From Candidatus Nomurabacteria bacterium RIFCSPLOWO2_01_FULL_42_17 (lineage in GTDB: Bacteria > Patescibacteriota > Minisyncoccia > Phycocordibacterales > UBA9973), in assembly GCA_001785985.1 (NCBI GenBank), contig MFVE01000008.1:8751-72750 (forward strand): a DNA stretch of 64,000 nucleotides, in the 5' to 3' direction. Below the pieces are notes generated by a model. That model was not told where the DNA came from. It searched no databases and saw only the letters and a program-made list of their open reading frames with translations. The position numbers and the translations under genes were made by a program. The number at the start of each line of letters is the position of its first letter. Within the stretch, counting starts at the first letter, position 1. Shown piece after piece: positions 63,796 to 64,000 of the stretch.

Positions 63796-63797
63796 AA

Positions 63798-63992
63798 TTA
63801 TGTTCGAATTAAAAATCTATTAACGTAAATGGAACTAATGATCAAAAATGGATCCCGGACTATATCTTCCTCAAACTTTGCCAAACCATGAAAAACTTTT
63901 GGACCTAAAAAGACGACTTCAAATTTTGATTCGGTCAGAGTATATTGGTTAAACTGTTCATTTTTAATTATCTCCGAAAAAAAATCGGCCAA
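63798..63992 (-). CDS. Hypothetical small protein (possibly an N-terminally truncated call at the window edge)
   Basis: 64-aa ORF with no family. The start lies 8 nt from the window end. Confidence 0.2.
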   Translation of the reverse strand: MADFFSEIIKNEQFNQYTLTESKFEVVFLGPKVFHGLAKFEEDIVRDPFLIISSIYVNRFLIRT

Positions 63993-64000
63993 ATCTTTGT

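Noticed and set aside
1-64000. CRISPR arrays, rRNA or tRNA genes
   Set aside because: No regularly spaced direct repeats with unique spacers. No rRNA-like conserved stretches. No tRNA T-arm or anticodon-arm signatures in any intergenic region examined.

Overview
Low-GC (about 35%), gene-dense window with a Patescibacteria/CPR-like character, carrying mostly core functions. Named features: (1) An eight-gene purine cluster (purA, guaB, guaA, purH, purE, purM, purC, purB). (2) Envelope genes: a PBP2-type transpeptidase, ctpA, an EnvC-like M23 peptidase, mraY-ftsW-murG and an M15B peptidase. (3) scpA/scpB and pepN. (4) A histidine kinase followed by a small zinc-ribbon ORF tightly coupled to a RelA/SpoT-type small alarmone synthetase. 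(5) A riboflavin cluster (ribBA, ribH, ribE, a riboflavin-kinase domain) with PCD/DCoH and a LUD-domain protein. (6) An AsnRS/AspRS-type synthetase, trpS, dnaB, recR, rplU, cysS, a CsaA-like tRNA-binding protein and an AI-2E transporter. (7) A grpE-dnaK-dnaJ chaperone locus interrupted by extra genes. (8) The standard rpsI-rplM-rplQ-rpoA-rpsD-rpsK-rpsM-rpmJ-infA ribosomal block, where rpmJ (36 aa) was found by hand below the ORF-track cutoff. The strongest non-routine signals are four. (a) A roughly 40-bp GC-rich hairpin element lies sense-oriented inside four unrelated housekeeping CDSs (purH, scpB, grpE, infA), and in the last three it is in the same frame encoding P-A-R-N-A...A-G-G. This is a Rickettsia-RPE-like in-frame selfish or structured element. 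(b) Two paralogous RAYT/IS200-like HUH tyrosine transposase genes each carry their own palindromic REP-like repeat, in 3 and 4 copies. One copy flanks each end and one is embedded in-frame at the same loop position of both paralogs, and another invades the adjacent PaaX-like gene. (c) An 83-bp imperfect-palindrome intercistronic element is present twice and in both places supplies the ATG of the downstream gene. (d) A duplicated two-gene module sits inside the grpE-dnaK-dnaJ operon, comprising a HerA/T4CP-like soluble P-loop ATPase and a roughly 560-aa Cys-rich protein with duplicated FYxK-P-x-P-CxxCR zinc ribbons. One ATPase copy carries the same C-terminal zinc ribbon as the Cys-rich proteins. 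No CRISPR array, tRNA or rRNA was recognised.
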